Below are positions 27,170 to 42,634 of a DNA stretch of 64,000 nt, piece by piece. The stretch comes from Escherichia coli (GTDB lineage: Bacteria; Pseudomonadota; Gammaproteobacteria; Enterobacterales; Enterobacteriaceae). The position numbers and the translations under genes were made by a program. The notes below the pieces were generated by a model. It was given only the letters and a program-made list of their open reading frames with translations. It was not told the DNA's origin and made no database searches. Each line of letters opens with the position of its first letter. Within the stretch, counting starts at the first letter, position 1. The stretch lies in assembly GCF_009931435.1 (NCBI RefSeq), contig NZ_CP043414.1. The stretch is one strand, 5' to 3'.

Positions 27170-28396
27170 CTACTTCCGTTGCGCCGTTAACTCGGCAATA
27201 CGGACGATCACCTGCACCGCTTTTTCCATACCTTCCAGAGTCACAAATTCATGCTTACCATGGTAGTTGTAACCGCCAGTGAACAGGTTCGGACACGGTA
27301 ATCCCATAAACGACAACTGCGCGCCGTCGGTACCACCGCGGATCGGTTTCAGTTCCGGCTCAATATCGCAGTCACGCATCGCCTGCTGAGCGATATCGAG
27401 AATATGCGGATGCTCAACCACTTTCTCGCGCATATTGTAGTAACTGTCTTCAATCACCAGTTCAATGTAGCAATCAGGATGTAACCCTTTGCCCACTTTT
27501 TTGGCGATCTCCATCATTTTACGTTTACGCGCTTCAAACTGTTTACGGTCGAAATCACGAATGATGTAGTGCATATCGGCCCGTTCAACGGTGCCTTTCA
27601 TGCTCGCCAGGTGATAGAAACCTTCATAGCCTTCTGTCATTTCCGGGCTTTCATTTGCCGGAACTTCCGCATGAATACGTGCCGCCAGCGAAAGCGCATT
27701 TACCATCACTCCTTTCGCCGTGCCCGGGTGAACATTGTTACCGACAATTTTGATATTGACCGACGCGGCGTTGAAGTTTTCAAACTCCAGTTCGCCTACG
27801 CCACCACCATCAACGGTGTAAGCCCAGCGGGCATCGAAGGCGTCAACATCAAAATGTTTCGCCCCTTTGCCCACTTCTTCATCCGGGGTAAAGGCGACAC
27901 GAATATCACCATGCGGAATGTTTTTTTGTTGTAATACCGCCAGCGCGGTCATGATTTCTGCAATACCAGCTTTATCATCGGCACCTAACAAGGTTTTACC
28001 ATCGGTGGTAATCAGCGTCTGACCCAGTAGCTGATGCAGCACCGGGAACATAACCGGTGATAAAACTTCATCGCCGATACCCAGCGCAATATCGCCACCG
28101 CGATAGTTTTCAACGATTTGCGGATTCACATTTTTGCCGCTGCAATCCGGTGAGGTATCCACATGAGAAATAAAGCCAATCGCGGGGATATCGCCAGGGA
28201 CGTTAGCCGGTAACGTCGCCATCAACGTGCCCTTCTCACTTAAGGTCACATTGATAAGCCCCATCTCTTCGAGCTGCTCTTTCAGCAGATGCAATAACTT
28301 CCATTGGCCTTCCGTGCTGGGAACCTGTCTCACCCCGGCTTTTGATTGGGTATCCAGAGACACGTAGTTCAAAAATCGCTCAAGTAGTTTATCCAT
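27170..28396 (-). CDS. pepT: Peptidase T (tripeptidase) PepT (408 aa)
   Basis: M20 metallopeptidase family; ORF 27170..28438 trimmed to MDKLLERFL… giving 408 aa. Confidence 0.9.
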   Translation of the reverse strand: MDKLLERFLNYVSLDTQSKAGVRQVPSTEGQWKLLHLLKEQLEEMGLINVTLSEKGTLMATLPANVPGDIPAIGFISHVDTSPDCSGKNVNPQIVENYRGGDIALGIGDEVLSPVMFPVLHQLLGQTLITTDGKTLLGADDKAGIAEIMTALAVLQQKNIPHGDIRVAFTPDEEVGKGAKHFDVDAFDARWAYTVDGGGVGELEFENFNAASVNIKIVGNNVHPGTAKGVMVNALSLAARIHAEVPANESPEMTEGYEGFYHLASMKGTVERADMHYIIRDFDRKQFEARKRKMMEIAKKVGKGLHPDCYIELVIEDSYYNMREKVVEHPHILDIAQQAMRDCDIEPELKPIRGGTDGAQLSFMGLPCPNLFTGGYNYHGKHEFVTLEGMEKAVQVIVRIAELTAQRK

Positions 28397-28645
28397 GTAG
28401 TCACCCTCACTTTTTGTGACAACATTATTAAGAAGCAAGAAAAGACAAATATTGCGTCAGGTCACTTTTAGCCCTGCAAGCGGGAATATTTATCAGCATT
28501 ACCTTAATGAATATAAAGCTAAGCCAGTAATTCACAACAAAGATTGGCGATTCAAGCGGTTTGCCGTAGAATTACCGCCCTCATTAAGAGTCACCAAGGT
28601 GGTTAACCACAAACCCCGCATCGGTAAGCCATCCGTTGCGTTTAC

Positions 28646-29782
28646 ATGGGACAGAGTAAAAAATTGAATAAACAATCGAGTTCGCTTTCACCGCTGGTGC
28701 AATTGGCGGGAATTCGCAAATGCTTTGATGGTAAAGAGGTCATTCCCCAGCTTGATCTCACTATTAATAATGGCGAGTTCCTCACGCTGCTTGGCCCTTC
28801 TGGCTGCGGTAAAACAACCGTTCTTCGCCTGATTGCCGGTCTGGAAACTGTTGATTCCGGACGCATCATGCTGGATAACGAGGACATCACCCATGTTCCG
28901 GCGGAAAACCGCTATGTGAACACTGTTTTCCAAAGCTACGCACTTTTCCCCCACATGACCGTGTTCGAAAATGTGGCCTTTGGGTTGCGCATGCAAAAAA
29001 CCCCCGCTGCTGAAATTACGCCCCGCGTGATGGAAGCCCTGCGGATGGTGCAGCTGGAAACCTTCGCTCAACGTAAACCGCATCAGCTTTCTGGTGGTCA
29101 ACAGCAACGCGTCGCCATTGCTCGCGCGGTGGTTAACAAGCCTCGTCTGTTGTTGCTGGATGAGTCGCTCTCAGCGCTGGATTACAAACTGCGTAAACAG
29201 ATGCAGAACGAGCTGAAAGCGCTACAGCGTAAGCTTGGCATTACATTCGTCTTCGTGACTCACGACCAGGAAGAAGCACTCACCATGTCGGACAGGATTG
29301 TGGTGATGCGCGATGGTCGCATTGAGCAAGACGGCACGCCGCGTGAAATCTACGAAGAGCCGAAAAACCTGTTTGTTGCTGGGTTTATCGGTGAAATCAA
29401 TATGTTTAATGCCACGGTCATCGAACGTCTCGACGAGCAGCGCGTACGCGCCAACGTTGAAGGCCGCGAGTGTAATATCTACGTTAACTTCGGCGTTGAA
29501 CCGGGGCAAAAACTGCATGTTCTGCTGCGCCCGGAAGACTTACGTGTTGAAGAGATTAACGACGACAACCACGCTGAAGGGCTGATTGGTTACGTTCGCG
29601 AGCGTAACTACAAAGGCATGACGCTGGAGTCGGTTGTTGAACTGGAAAATGGCAAGATGGTGATGGTCAGCGAATTCTTCAATGAAGACGATCCTGACTT
29701 TGACCACTCTCTCGACCAAAAAATGGCCATTAATTGGGTAGAAAGCTGGGAGGTCGTACTGGCTGATGAAGAACACAAGTAA
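28646..29782 (+). CDS. potA: Spermidine/putrescine ABC transporter ATPase PotA (378 aa)
   Basis: Walker [10 protein letters not shown], signature [14 protein letters not shown], Walker B LLLLDE; 378 aa. Confidence 0.95.
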   Translation: MGQSKKLNKQSSSLSPLVQLAGIRKCFDGKEVIPQLDLTINNGEFLTLLGPSGCGKTTVLRLIAGLETVDSGRIMLDNEDITHVPAENRYVNTVFQSYALFPHMTVFENVAFGLRMQKTPAAEITPRVMEALRMVQLETFAQRKPHQLSGGQQQRVAIARAVVNKPRLLLLDESLSALDYKLRKQMQNELKALQRKLGITFVFVTHDQEEALTMSDRIVVMRDGRIEQDGTPREIYEEPKNLFVAGFIGEINMFNATVIERLDEQRVRANVEGRECNIYVNFGVEPGQKLHVLLRPEDLRVEEINDDNHAEGLIGYVRERNYKGMTLESVVELENGKMVMVSEFFNEDDPDFDHSLDQKMAINWVESWEVVLADEEHK

Positions 29783-30623
29783 GTTCCAGAATGTAGTGAT
29801 TGTCACTATTGTCGGTTGGCTTGTGTTGTTTGTCTTTCTGCCCAACCTGATGATCATTGGCACCAGCTTTTTGACCCGCGACGACGCCAGTTTCGTCAAA
29901 ATGGTCTTTACGCTGGATAACTACACGCGTCTGCTCGATCCGCTTTATTTTGAAGTGCTATTGCACTCGCTGAATATGGCGCTGATCGCCACCCTCGCCT
30001 GCCTGGTGCTGGGCTATCCTTTTGCCTGGTTTCTGGCGAAGCTGCCACACAAGGTGCGTCCGCTGCTGCTGTTTCTGCTGATTGTTCCGTTCTGGACCAA
30101 CTCATTGATTCGTATCTATGGGCTGAAAATTTTCCTCAGTACCAAAGGCTATCTCAACGAGTTTTTGCTCTGGTTGGGTATTATCGATACACCAATTCGC
30201 ATTATGTTCACACCCAGTGCGGTGATTATCGGTCTGGTTTACATTCTGCTGCCGTTTATGGTGATGCCGCTGTACTCCAGTATCGAAAAACTGGATAAGC
30301 CGTTGCTGGAGGCGGCGCGCGATCTCGGTGCCAGCAAGTTGCAGACCTTTATCCGCATCATTATCCCACTGACGATGCCGGGAATTATTGCCGGATGTCT
30401 GCTGGTGATGCTGCCAGCGATGGGCCTGTTCTACGTGTCTGACCTGATGGGCGGTGCGAAAAACCTGCTGATTGGTAACGTCATCAAGGTCCAGTTCCTC
30501 AATATTCGTGACTGGCCGTTTGGTGCTGCCACCAGCATTACGCTGACTATCGTAATGGGCCTGATGTTGCTGGTTTACTGGCGCGCTTCTCGTTTGCTGA
30601 ATAAGAAGGTGGAACTCGAATGA
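29766..30623 (+). CDS. potB: Spermidine/putrescine ABC permease PotB
   Basis: Polytopic permease overlapping the potA 3' end; the true start may lie about 30 nt downstream of the ORF-track start. Confidence 0.9.
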   Translation: MKNTSKFQNVVIVTIVGWLVLFVFLPNLMIIGTSFLTRDDASFVKMVFTLDNYTRLLDPLYFEVLLHSLNMALIATLACLVLGYPFAWFLAKLPHKVRPLLLFLLIVPFWTNSLIRIYGLKIFLSTKGYLNEFLLWLGIIDTPIRIMFTPSAVIIGLVYILLPFMVMPLYSSIEKLDKPLLEAARDLGASKLQTFIRIIIPLTMPGIIAGCLLVMLPAMGLFYVSDLMGGAKNLLIGNVIKVQFLNIRDWPFGAATSITLTIVMGLMLLVYWRASRLLNKKVELE

Positions 30624-31414
30624 TCGGTCGACTGCTTCGCGGCGGTTTTATGACCGCTATCTACGCGTACCTGTATATCCCAATCATTATTTTGATTGTG
30701 AACTCTTTCAACAGCTCGCGCTTTGGCATCAACTGGCAGGGTTTTACCACCAAATGGTATAGCCTGCTGATGAACAACGACAGTCTGTTGCAGGCAGCTC
30801 AGCATTCACTGACGATGGCGGTGTTTTCGGCGACGTTTGCTACGCTTATCGGTTCACTGACGGCAGTTGCGTTGTACCGTTATCGCTTTCGTGGTAAGCC
30901 GTTCGTTAGCGGAATGCTGTTTGTGGTGATGATGTCACCAGATATCGTAATGGCGATTTCGCTGCTGGTGCTGTTTATGCTGCTGGGTATTCAGCTTGGC
31001 TTCTGGTCGCTGCTGTTCTCGCATATCACCTTTTGCCTGCCGTTTGTGGTGGTGACGGTGTATTCGCGCCTGAAAGGTTTTGATGTGCGAATGCTGGAAG
31101 CGGCGAAAGATCTCGGTGCCAGCGAATTTACCATTCTGCGAAAAATCATTCTGCCACTGGCAATGCCAGCGGTAGCGGCGGGCTGGGTGTTAAGCTTTAC
31201 CCTGTCGATGGACGACGTGGTGGTTTCTTCGTTTGTCACCGGGCCGAGTTATGAAATTCTGCCGTTAAAAATTTATTCGATGGTCAAAGTCGGCGTATCG
31301 CCGGAAGTTAACGCGCTGGCAACCATATTACTGGTGCTGTCGCTGGTGATGGTAATTGCCAGCCAGCTTATTGCTCGTGATAAAACGAAAGGTAACACAG
31401 GGGACGTTAAATGA
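30620..31414 (+). CDS. potC: Spermidine/putrescine ABC permease PotC (264 aa)
   Basis: Permease with 4-bp overlaps to potB and potD. Confidence 0.9.
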   Translation: MIGRLLRGGFMTAIYAYLYIPIIILIVNSFNSSRFGINWQGFTTKWYSLLMNNDSLLQAAQHSLTMAVFSATFATLIGSLTAVALYRYRFRGKPFVSGMLFVVMMSPDIVMAISLLVLFMLLGIQLGFWSLLFSHITFCLPFVVVTVYSRLKGFDVRMLEAAKDLGASEFTILRKIILPLAMPAVAAGWVLSFTLSMDDVVVSSFVTGPSYEILPLKIYSMVKVGVSPEVNALATILLVLSLVMVIASQLIARDKTKGNTGDVK

Positions 31415-32457
31415 AAAAATGGTCACGCCACCTGCTCGCGGCGGGTGCTCTGGCACTGGGCATGAGCGCCGCTCACGCCGATGACAACAACACGCTGTAT
31501 TTCTACAACTGGACCGAGTACGTGCCGCCAGGACTGCTTGAACAGTTCACCAAAGAAACAGGTATTAAGGTTATCTATTCGACTTACGAGTCGAACGAAA
31601 CCATGTACGCGAAGCTGAAAACGTACAAAGACGGTGCCTATGACCTGGTGGTTCCTTCAACCTATTACGTCGATAAAATGCGTAAAGAAGGGATGATCCA
31701 GAAGATCGACAAGTCGAAGTTAAGCAATTTCAGCAACCTCGATCCAGACATGCTCAACAAGCCGTTTGACCCGAATAACGACTATTCCATTCCGTATATC
31801 TGGGGTGCGACGGCGATTGGCGTTAACGGTGATGCGGTGGATCCGAAATCTGTCACCAGCTGGGCCGATCTGTGGAAACCTGAGTACAAAGGCAGCCTGC
31901 TGCTGACCGACGATGCCCGTGAAGTGTTCCAGATGGCGCTGCGTAAGCTGGGCTACTCCGGTAACACCACCGATCCGAAAGAGATTGAAGCTGCATACAA
32001 CGAGCTGAAAAAACTGATGCCAAACGTCGCGGCGTTTAACTCCGATAACCCAGCTAACCCGTATATGGAAGGCGAAGTTAACCTCGGCATGATCTGGAAC
32101 GGTTCTGCTTTCGTTGCACGCCAGGCGGGTACGCCAATTGACGTGGTGTGGCCGAAAGAAGGCGGCATTTTCTGGATGGACAGTCTGGCAATTCCGGCAA
32201 ATGCCAAAAACAAAGAAGGCGCGCTGAAATTGATTAACTTCCTGCTGCGCCCGGATGTGGCAAAACAGGTTGCTGAAACTATCGGTTATCCAACGCCAAA
32301 CCTCGCCGCGCGTAAGCTGTTAAGCCCGGAAATAGCGAACGATAAAACGCTCTACCCGGATGCTGAAACCATTAAAAATGGCGAATGGCAGAATGACGTT
32401 GGCGCAGCCAGCAGCATTTATGAAGAGTATTATCAGAAGCTGAAAGCAGGACGTTAA
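31411..32457 (+). CDS. potD: Spermidine/putrescine periplasmic binding protein PotD (348 aa)
   Basis: Signal peptide plus substrate-binding protein; 348 aa. Confidence 0.95.
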   Translation: MKKWSRHLLAAGALALGMSAAHADDNNTLYFYNWTEYVPPGLLEQFTKETGIKVIYSTYESNETMYAKLKTYKDGAYDLVVPSTYYVDKMRKEGMIQKIDKSKLSNFSNLDPDMLNKPFDPNNDYSIPYIWGATAIGVNGDAVDPKSVTSWADLWKPEYKGSLLLTDDAREVFQMALRKLGYSGNTTDPKEIEAAYNELKKLMPNVAAFNSDNPANPYMEGEVNLGMIWNGSAFVARQAGTPIDVVWPKEGGIFWMDSLAIPANAKNKEGALKLINFLLRPDVAKQVAETIGYPTPNLAARKLLSPEIANDKTLYPDAETIKNGEWQNDVGAASSIYEEYYQKLKAGR

Positions 32458-32465
32458 TTCAGCAA

Positions 32466-32497
32466 GCGGGCGGTGGTATTACCGCCCGTTTTTTATT
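32466..32497 (+). terminator. Intrinsic terminator of the potABCD operon
   Basis: Hairpin CGGGCGG-tggtatta-CCGCCCG followed by TTTTTTATT. Confidence 0.75.
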
Positions 32498-32560
32498 TAG
32501 CAAGGATGTGGCTAATGTTGCTGTTATGGACGAGTAAACGCTAAAAGAGGCAGTAAATAT

Positions 32561-32657
32561 GCCAGATGCGGCGTCAACGCCTTCTCTGGTCTACGACACC
32601 CGGAAATTCAATTCATTGCGCCCCATCGCAGGCCTGATAAGCGTAGCGCATCAGGCC
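32561..32657. repeat. REP/BIME-type palindromic elements (two units)
   Basis: GCCAGATGCGGCGTCAACGCCTTCTCTGGTCTAC and GGCCTGATAAGCGTAGCGCATCAGGCC; REP-like imperfect palindromes. Confidence 0.65.
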
Positions 32658-32669
32658 ATTACTCCTGAT

Positions 32670-33491
32670 TTATAATCCTTTCAGCAATTTCTCAACAAAC
32701 TCTGGTACCACCTGGCTTGCCGGGCCGTAATATTTCTCGGCAAATTCATTACCGACCTGACTCGGTTCAAGATTGAGTTCGACAGTGTGCGCACCATGCA
32801 GTTTCGCTTCGTGAACAAACCCAGCCGCCGGATAAACATGCCCTGATGTACCAATGGCAATGAAAATATCGGCCATCGACAACGCCATATAAATTTCATC
32901 CATGCCGAGTGGCATTTCGCCAAACCAAACGACGTGCGGGCGCAAGGGTGCCGGGAACTGGCAACAATGGCATTTATCGTCTGACGTAACGTCTCCGGTC
33001 CAGTCGAGAATCTGACCACTTTGCGAACAACGTACTTTCAGCAATTCCCCATGCATATGAATCACATTGGTATTACCTGCGCGTTCGTGCAGATTGTCGA
33101 TATTCTGCGTCACCAGCAAAAAGCGATCGCCGAGAGCATCTTGCAGTTTAGCCAGCGCAAGATGCGCGGCGTTAGGCTGAATTTCTGGCTGCTGCAGCTG
33201 TCGACGGCGGGCGTTATAAAACGCTTGTACCAGTTCAGGATCGCGATCGAAACCTTCCGGCGTTGCCACATCTTCAACCCGATGTTCTTCCCACAGGCCA
33301 TCTGCGGCGCGAAAGGTACGAATACCTGATTCCGCAGAAATACCTGCCCCAGTCAGTACGAGTACTCTTGGTTTTTCCATTGCTTCCGGCACCACTTTAT
33401 CTCTGAAAAAAATACGCTGACGCAAACGCTCGCGCAGGCGGCGTTTATTTTTACGAAAACGACTTAACCGATGACCCCGACGCGACAGCAT
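32670..33491 (-). CDS. cobB: NAD-dependent protein deacylase (sirtuin) CobB
   Basis: Sir2 motifs ([12 protein letters not shown]…C…C… zinc ribbon); 273-aa ORF. Confidence 0.9.
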   Translation of the reverse strand: MLSRRGHRLSRFRKNKRRLRERLRQRIFFRDKVVPEAMEKPRVLVLTGAGISAESGIRTFRAADGLWEEHRVEDVATPEGFDRDPELVQAFYNARRRQLQQPEIQPNAAHLALAKLQDALGDRFLLVTQNIDNLHERAGNTNVIHMHGELLKVRCSQSGQILDWTGDVTSDDKCHCCQFPAPLRPHVVWFGEMPLGMDEIYMALSMADIFIAIGTSGHVYPAAGFVHEAKLHGAHTVELNLEPSQVGNEFAEKYYGPASQVVPEFVEKLLKGL

Positions 33492-33506
33492 AGCAACCTC
33501 TGTTGT

Positions 33507-34418
33507 TTACTCGGTTAGATGTAGGAAAGCCGCACCACGCATTCCTCCCGCATCACCGTGGCGCGCGCGTTCAATGCGCGGAACACGAGCTACAGGTAAG
33601 AGATGACGAGGCAGCCTGTCCGCCAGTTGCGTTGTGATTGCCGGGAAATTCGATAAGCCACCACCAATGACGACCAGGTCAGGGTCAACAATGGTCAGGA
33701 TATTTCCCAGACAAACCGCTAATAAATCCAGATAACGCTCAACGTGCGCCCTTGCCTGCTCATCGCCTTGATCATAAAGCGCAATAATTTCGGGAGCCTG
33801 CAACGGTTGATGATAATAGTGTTGATACAGCCACGCAAAACCGCGACCAGACAGATAATTTTCAATGCAGCCATGCTGACCACAGCCGCAGCGGCGTAAC
33901 GGGAAATCCAGCCCCATCATGGTTAACGCATCAACCGGCAGACGCATATGGCCAAACTCGCCGGTAATATAGCTTTTACCGGTAATTGGTTTACCGTTGA
34001 AAATCAGCCCGCCGCCAACGCCGGTGCCGAGAATCAACCCCATCACCAGTGGATATTGAGTAAATTCATCATCCCAGGCTTCTGAAAGGGCAAAACAGTT
34101 GGCATCGTTATCAAGGCGGACATCGCGATCAAGACGTGCGCTCAGATCTGCACGCAGCGATTTACCGCTGGCAGCGGGGACATTGGCGGCATACAGCGTA
34201 CCATCTTCTGTTTCCGGCATTCCCGGAATACCGATGCCGACAGAACCTTTACAGCCAAAACGTTGGTCAGCTTCGGCTACCAGCTCGCACACTGCATCTA
34301 AAAATGCGTCATAGCTGTCACGCGGTGTCGGCACCCGCTTTTCCCACTGCAACTGCCGACCGCTATCAAACACGCCAAGCGCAATTTTTGTTCCACCAAT
34401 ATCAAACCCGTAATACAT
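33507..34418 (-). CDS. nagK: N-acetyl-D-glucosamine kinase NagK (303 aa)
   Basis: ROK-family kinase ([11 protein letters not shown]…); ORF trimmed to 303 aa. Confidence 0.85.
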   Translation of the reverse strand: MYYGFDIGGTKIALGVFDSGRQLQWEKRVPTPRDSYDAFLDAVCELVAEADQRFGCKGSVGIGIPGMPETEDGTLYAANVPAASGKSLRADLSARLDRDVRLDNDANCFALSEAWDDEFTQYPLVMGLILGTGVGGGLIFNGKPITGKSYITGEFGHMRLPVDALTMMGLDFPLRRCGCGQHGCIENYLSGRGFAWLYQHYYHQPLQAPEIIALYDQGDEQARAHVERYLDLLAVCLGNILTIVDPDLVVIGGGLSNFPAITTQLADRLPRHLLPVARVPRIERARHGDAGGMRGAAFLHLTE

Positions 34419-34446
34419 TGCCGCTCCTTGTTTTAATGTACTGCCT

Positions 34447-37704
<3,258 letters not shown>

Positions 37705-37846
37705 CTAAATTGCCATGTTTTATCATCAATCTTGCCGCCTGATCTTAATCTGAAAAATCATCCAATACAGACAGATACCCATTACACCTCGGGTCATAAC
37801 CCGCAGGATCAACCGCATGTAAATTAAAAAAGAGCGTGTTGTCCTG

Positions 37847-38920
37847 ATGAAACAAAAAGAGCTATGGATTAACCAGATCAAAGGGTTATGTATTTGTCTT
37901 GTAGTGATTTATCACTCGGTCATTACCTTTTATCCGCATCTGACCACTTTTCAGCATCCGTTATCGGAAGTCCTGAGCAAATGCTGGATCTATTTCAATC
38001 TTTACCTTGCCCCCTTTCGTATGCCGGTTTTTTTCTTTATTTCTGGCTATTTGATTCGCCGCTATATCGATAGCGTGCCATGGGGAAATTGTCTCGATAA
38101 ACGCATCTGGAGCATCTTCTGGGTGCTGGCACTTTGGGGCGTAGTGCAGTGGCTGGCGATAAGTGCACTAAATCAGTGGCTGGCACCTGAGCGCAATTTA
38201 AGTAATGCCTCCAATGCCGCTTATGCCGATTCTACCGATGAGTTCCTGCACGGAATGATCACCGCCAGCACCAGCTTGTGGTATCTGTATGCTTTAATTG
38301 TCTATTTCGTGATATGTAAAATTTTTAACCGCCTGGCCCTGCCGTTATTTGTTCTGTTTGTACTGATGAGTGTGGCGGTTAATTTCGTACCCACACCGTG
38401 GTGGGGAATGAACAGTGTGATCCGCAATTTGCCTTATTACAGCCTTGGCGCATGGTTTGGCGCAACATTAATGACCTGTGTTAAAGAGGTGCCGTTGCGC
38501 CGCCATCTGCTGATGGCTTCTTTGCTGGCTGTTCTGGCGGTCGGTGCCTGGTTGTTTACTATCTCGCTGCTGTTGTCGCTGGTATCGATTGTGGTGATCA
38601 TGAAACTGTTTTATCAGTACGAGCAACGTTTCGGTATGCGCCCCACCAGCCTGCTGAATGTGATTGGCTCCAACACCATTGCTATCTACACCACCCATCG
38701 CATACTGGTAGAAATATTCAGCTTAAGCCTGATTCCGCAAATGAACGCGGCACGCTGGTCGCCGCAAGTCGAACTGACGCTCCTGCTGGTTTACCCCTTT
38801 GTCAGTTTGTTGATTTGTACTGTTGCGGGCTTGCTGGTAAGAAAACTTTCACAGCGCGCATTCAGCGATCTGTTGTTCTCCCCGCCTTCTCTGCCCGCTG
38901 CCGTCAGTTACTCCCGCTAA
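37847..38920 (+). CDS. ycfT: Inner-membrane acyltransferase-3 family protein YcfT (357 aa)
   Basis: Polytopic membrane protein; length and synteny with K-12 ycfT. Confidence 0.7.
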   Translation: MKQKELWINQIKGLCICLVVIYHSVITFYPHLTTFQHPLSEVLSKCWIYFNLYLAPFRMPVFFFISGYLIRRYIDSVPWGNCLDKRIWSIFWVLALWGVVQWLAISALNQWLAPERNLSNASNAAYADSTDEFLHGMITASTSLWYLYALIVYFVICKIFNRLALPLFVLFVLMSVAVNFVPTPWWGMNSVIRNLPYYSLGAWFGATLMTCVKEVPLRRHLLMASLLAVLAVGAWLFTISLLLSLVSIVVIMKLFYQYEQRFGMRPTSLLNVIGSNTIAIYTTHRILVEIFSLSLIPQMNAARWSPQVELTLLLVYPFVSLLICTVAGLLVRKLSQRAFSDLLFSPPSLPAAVSYSR

Positions 38921-39047
38921 GCCATCGCCCCAGCCGGGGCGATTCAATTTGCTAAACCATGTCGATTACGGATAATGAACAGCATTGCTTATCAGAGATA
39001 TGCCCCCATATGTTGAGGCATATCCTAACGAGAATCTGACAACCGTT

Positions 39048-42000
39048 ATGCCTGAACAATATCGTTATACGCTGCCCGTCAAAGCGGGTGAGCAGCGTCT
39101 GCTGGGCGAGTTAACTGGCGCTGCCTGCGCGACGCTGGTAGCGGAAATTGCCGAACGTCACGCCGGTCCGGTGGTACTTATTGCACCAGATATGCAAAAT
39201 GCCCTGCGTTTGCATGATGAAATCAGCCAGTTTACCGATCAGATGGTGATGAATCTGGCGGACTGGGAAACCCTTCCCTACGACAGTTTTTCGCCTCATC
39301 AGGACATTATCTCCTCACGCCTTTCCACTCTTTACCAGCTACCAACGATGCAGCGTGGCGTACTGATTGTTCCGGTGAATACGCTTATGCAGCGCGTTTG
39401 CCCGCACAGTTTCCTCCACGGCCACGCGCTGATGATGAAAAAAGGTCAGCGGTTATCTCGTGATGCCTTACGTACGCAACTGGACAGTGCCGGTTATCGC
39501 CATGTTGACCAGGTTATGGAGCACGGCGAATACGCCACGCGCGGCGCGTTGCTGGATCTTTTCCCGATGGGCAGCGACTTGCCTTATCGTCTTGATTTTT
39601 TTGATGATGAAATCGATAGCCTGCGCGTATTTGACGTTGACAGCCAGCGTACGCTGGAGGAAGTAGAAGCCATCAATCTGCTGCCCGCGCACGAATTTCC
39701 GACAGATAAAGCGGCAATTGAACTGTTCCGCAGCCAGTGGCGCGATACCTTCGAAGTGAAGCGCGACCCGGAACATATTTATCAGCAAGTGAGTAAAGGC
39801 ACATTACCTGCCGGGATCGAGTACTGGCAGCCGCTATTCTTCAGCGAACCGCTGCCGCCACTGTTCAGTTATTTCCCTGCCAATACGCTGTTGGTGAATA
39901 CTGGCGATCTGGAAAACAGTGCCGAACGTTTCCAGGCTGACACGCTGGCGCGTTTTGAAAATCGCGGCGTCGATCCGATGCGTCCACTGTTGCCACCACA
40001 ATCGCTCTGGCTGCGGGTAGACGAGCTCTTTTCAGAGCTAAAAAACTGGCCGCGTGTGCAGCTAAAAACTGAACATTTACCGACAAAAGCAGCGAATGCC
40101 AATTTAGGTTTCCAGAAGCTGCCAGACCTGGCCGTTCAGGCACAACAAAAAGCGCCGCTGGATGCGCTGCGTAAGTTCCTCGAGTCTTTCGACGGTCCGG
40201 TGGTGTTCTCGGTAGAAAGTGAAGGTCGCCGTGAAGCGCTGGGTGAACTGCTCGCGCGAATTAAAATTGCTCCTCAACGCATTATGCGTCTTGATGAAGC
40301 CAACGACCGTGGGCGTTATCTGATGATTGGCGCTGCCGAACATGGTTTTGTCGATACGGTACGTAATCTGGCGCTGATTTGCGAAAGCGATCTGCTCGGT
40401 GAACGCGTTGCCCGTCGTCGTCAGGATTCTCGCCGCGCCATCAACCCCGATACACTGATCCGTAACCTTGCGGAGCTGCATATTGGTCAGCCGGTGGTCC
40501 ATCTGGAGCACGGCGTCGGGCGCTATGCAGGAATGACCACGCTGGAAGCGGGCGGCATTACTGGCGAGTACCTGATGCTCACCTATGCCAACGACGCCAA
40601 ACTGTATGTTCCGGTGTCATCACTGCATCTGATTAGCCGTTACGCCGGTGGCGCGGAAGAAAACGCCCCGCTGCATAAACTTGGCGGTGATGCGTGGTCG
40701 CGGGCGCGGCAGAAAGCGGCGGAAAAAGTGCGTGATGTGGCGGCGGAATTGCTGGATATCTACGCGCAACGCGCCGCCAAAGAGGGCTTCGCGTTTAAAC
40801 ACGATCGTGAACAATATCAATTGTTCTGCGACAGCTTCCCGTTTGAAACCACGCCGGATCAGGCGCAAGCCATTAATGCAGTGCTTAGCGATATGTGTCA
40901 GCCGCTGGCGATGGATCGTCTGGTGTGCGGTGATGTTGGCTTTGGTAAAACTGAAGTCGCGATGCGCGCCGCGTTCCTGGCGGTAGATAACCACAAGCAG
41001 GTGGCGGTGCTGGTGCCTACCACCCTTCTCGCGCAGCAGCATTACGACAACTTCCGCGACCGTTTCGCCAACTGGCCGGTACGCATCGAAATGATCTCCC
41101 GTTTCCGCAGCGCCAAAGAGCAGACGCAAATCCTTGCGGAAGTGGCGGAAGGGAAAATCGATATTCTGATCGGTACGCACAAACTGCTGCAAAATGACGT
41201 CAAGTTTAAAGATTTAGGTCTGCTGATTGTCGATGAAGAACACCGCTTCGGGGTGCGTCATAAAGAGCGCATCAAAGCGATGCGGGCGAACGTGGATATT
41301 CTGACACTTACCGCAACGCCGATCCCACGTACGCTGAATATGGCAATGAGCGGAATGCGCGATCTGTCGATTATCGCTACGCCGCCTGCCCGTCGTCTGG
41401 CAGTTAAAACCTTTGTCCGTGAGTATGACAGTCTGGTGGTCCGGGAGGCGATCCTGCGTGAAATTTTGCGCGGGGGACAGGTTTATTATCTCTACAATGA
41501 TGTGGAAAACATCCAGAAAGCTGCCGAACGACTGGCGGAGCTGGTGCCAGAGGCGCGGATCGCCATCGGTCACGGGCAGATGCGCGAGCGCGAACTGGAA
41601 CGGGTGATGAATGATTTCCATCATCAACGTTTCAACGTGCTGGTTTGTACCACCATTATCGAAACCGGGATCGATATCCCGACTGCCAACACCATTATCA
41701 TCGAGCGGGCGGATCACTTCGGTCTGGCGCAGCTGCATCAGTTGCGCGGTCGCGTCGGACGTTCGCATCATCAGGCATATGCATGGCTGCTGACGCCGCA
41801 TCCAAAAGCGATGACTACCGATGCGCAAAAACGTCTTGAAGCGATTGCCTCGCTGGAAGATCTCGGTGCAGGTTTTGCGCTGGCAACGCACGATCTGGAG
41901 ATTCGCGGCGCGGGTGAACTGCTTGGCGAAGAACAAAGCGGCTCAATGGAAACTATCGGTTTCTCGCTGTATATGGAGTTGCTGGAAAACGCCGTCGATG

Positions 42001-42494
42001 CGCTGAAAGCCGGACGCGAGCCGTCGCTGGAAGATCTCACTAGCCAGCAAACGGAAGTCGAGCTGCGGATGCCGTCGCTATTACCAGATGATTTCATTCC
42101 TGACGTGAATACGCGTTTGTCGTTCTATAAACGTATTGCCAGCGCCAAAACGGAAAACGAACTGGAAGAGATCAAAGTCGAGCTTATCGATCGCTTCGGC
42201 CTGCTGCCGGATCCGGCGCGTACCCTGCTGGATATTGCCCGTCTGCGTCAGCAAGCGCAGAAACTGGGGATCAGGAAGCTGGAAGGTAATGAGAAAGGTG
42301 GGGTGATCGAATTTGCCGAGAAGAATCACGTTAATCCGGCCTGGTTGATTGGTTTGCTGCAAAAACAGCCACAGCATTACCGCCTTGATGGTCCGACGCG
42401 CCTGAAGTTTATTCAGGATTTGAGCGAGCGGAAAACGCGTATCGAATGGATTCGCCAGTTTATGCGTGAACTGGAAGAGAACGCGATCGCTTAA
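39048..42494 (+). CDS. mfd: Transcription-repair coupling factor Mfd (1148 aa)
   Basis: UvrB-homology N-terminus, superfamily-2 helicase motifs (GDVGFGKTEVA, DEEHRFG), TRG motif; trimmed to Met giving 1148 aa. Confidence 0.95.
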   Translation: MPEQYRYTLPVKAGEQRLLGELTGAACATLVAEIAERHAGPVVLIAPDMQNALRLHDEISQFTDQMVMNLADWETLPYDSFSPHQDIISSRLSTLYQLPTMQRGVLIVPVNTLMQRVCPHSFLHGHALMMKKGQRLSRDALRTQLDSAGYRHVDQVMEHGEYATRGALLDLFPMGSDLPYRLDFFDDEIDSLRVFDVDSQRTLEEVEAINLLPAHEFPTDKAAIELFRSQWRDTFEVKRDPEHIYQQVSKGTLPAGIEYWQPLFFSEPLPPLFSYFPANTLLVNTGDLENSAERFQADTLARFENRGVDPMRPLLPPQSLWLRVDELFSELKNWPRVQLKTEHLPTKAANANLGFQKLPDLAVQAQQKAPLDALRKFLESFDGPVVFSVESEGRREALGELLARIKIAPQRIMRLDEANDRGRYLMIGAAEHGFVDTVRNLALICESDLLGERVARRRQDSRRAINPDTLIRNLAELHIGQPVVHLEHGVGRYAGMTTLEAGGITGEYLMLTYANDAKLYVPVSSLHLISRYAGGAEENAPLHKLGGDAWSRARQKAAEKVRDVAAELLDIYAQRAAKEGFAFKHDREQYQLFCDSFPFETTPDQAQAINAVLSDMCQPLAMDRLVCGDVGFGKTEVAMRAAFLAVDNHKQVAVLVPTTLLAQQHYDNFRDRFANWPVRIEMISRFRSAKEQTQILAEVAEGKIDILIGTHKLLQNDVKFKDLGLLIVDEEHRFGVRHKERIKAMRANVDILTLTATPIPRTLNMAMSGMRDLSIIATPPARRLAVKTFVREYDSLVVREAILREILRGGQVYYLYNDVENIQKAAERLAELVPEARIAIGHGQMRERELERVMNDFHHQRFNVLVCTTIIETGIDIPTANTIIIERADHFGLAQLHQLRGRVGRSHHQAYAWLLTPHPKAMTTDAQKRLEAIASLEDLGAGFALATHDLEIRGAGELLGEEQSGSMETIGFSLYMELLENAVDALKAGREPSLEDLTSQQTEVELRMPSLLPDDFIPDVNTRLSFYKRIASAKTENELEEIKVELIDRFGLLPDPARTLLDIARLRQQAQKLGIRKLEGNEKGGVIEFAEKNHVNPAWLIGLLQKQPQHYRLDGPTRLKFIQDLSERKTRIEWIRQFMRELEENAIA

Positions 42495-42634
42495 TGGTAA
42501 ATCGGGGGCGTTTCTGCGCCCCCATATCCAACATTTACAAATTATTTGCACTTCCCTGCACTATCCGACACTGTCACCATCCATAATTCAGGCTTATCTG
42601 TTTATTACAATAACCTTATATTTATTATGGATTT

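Noticed and set aside
41214-41936. 240-aa minus-strand ORF inside mfd
   Set aside because: Antisense to mfd; no motifs, no ribosome-binding site context.
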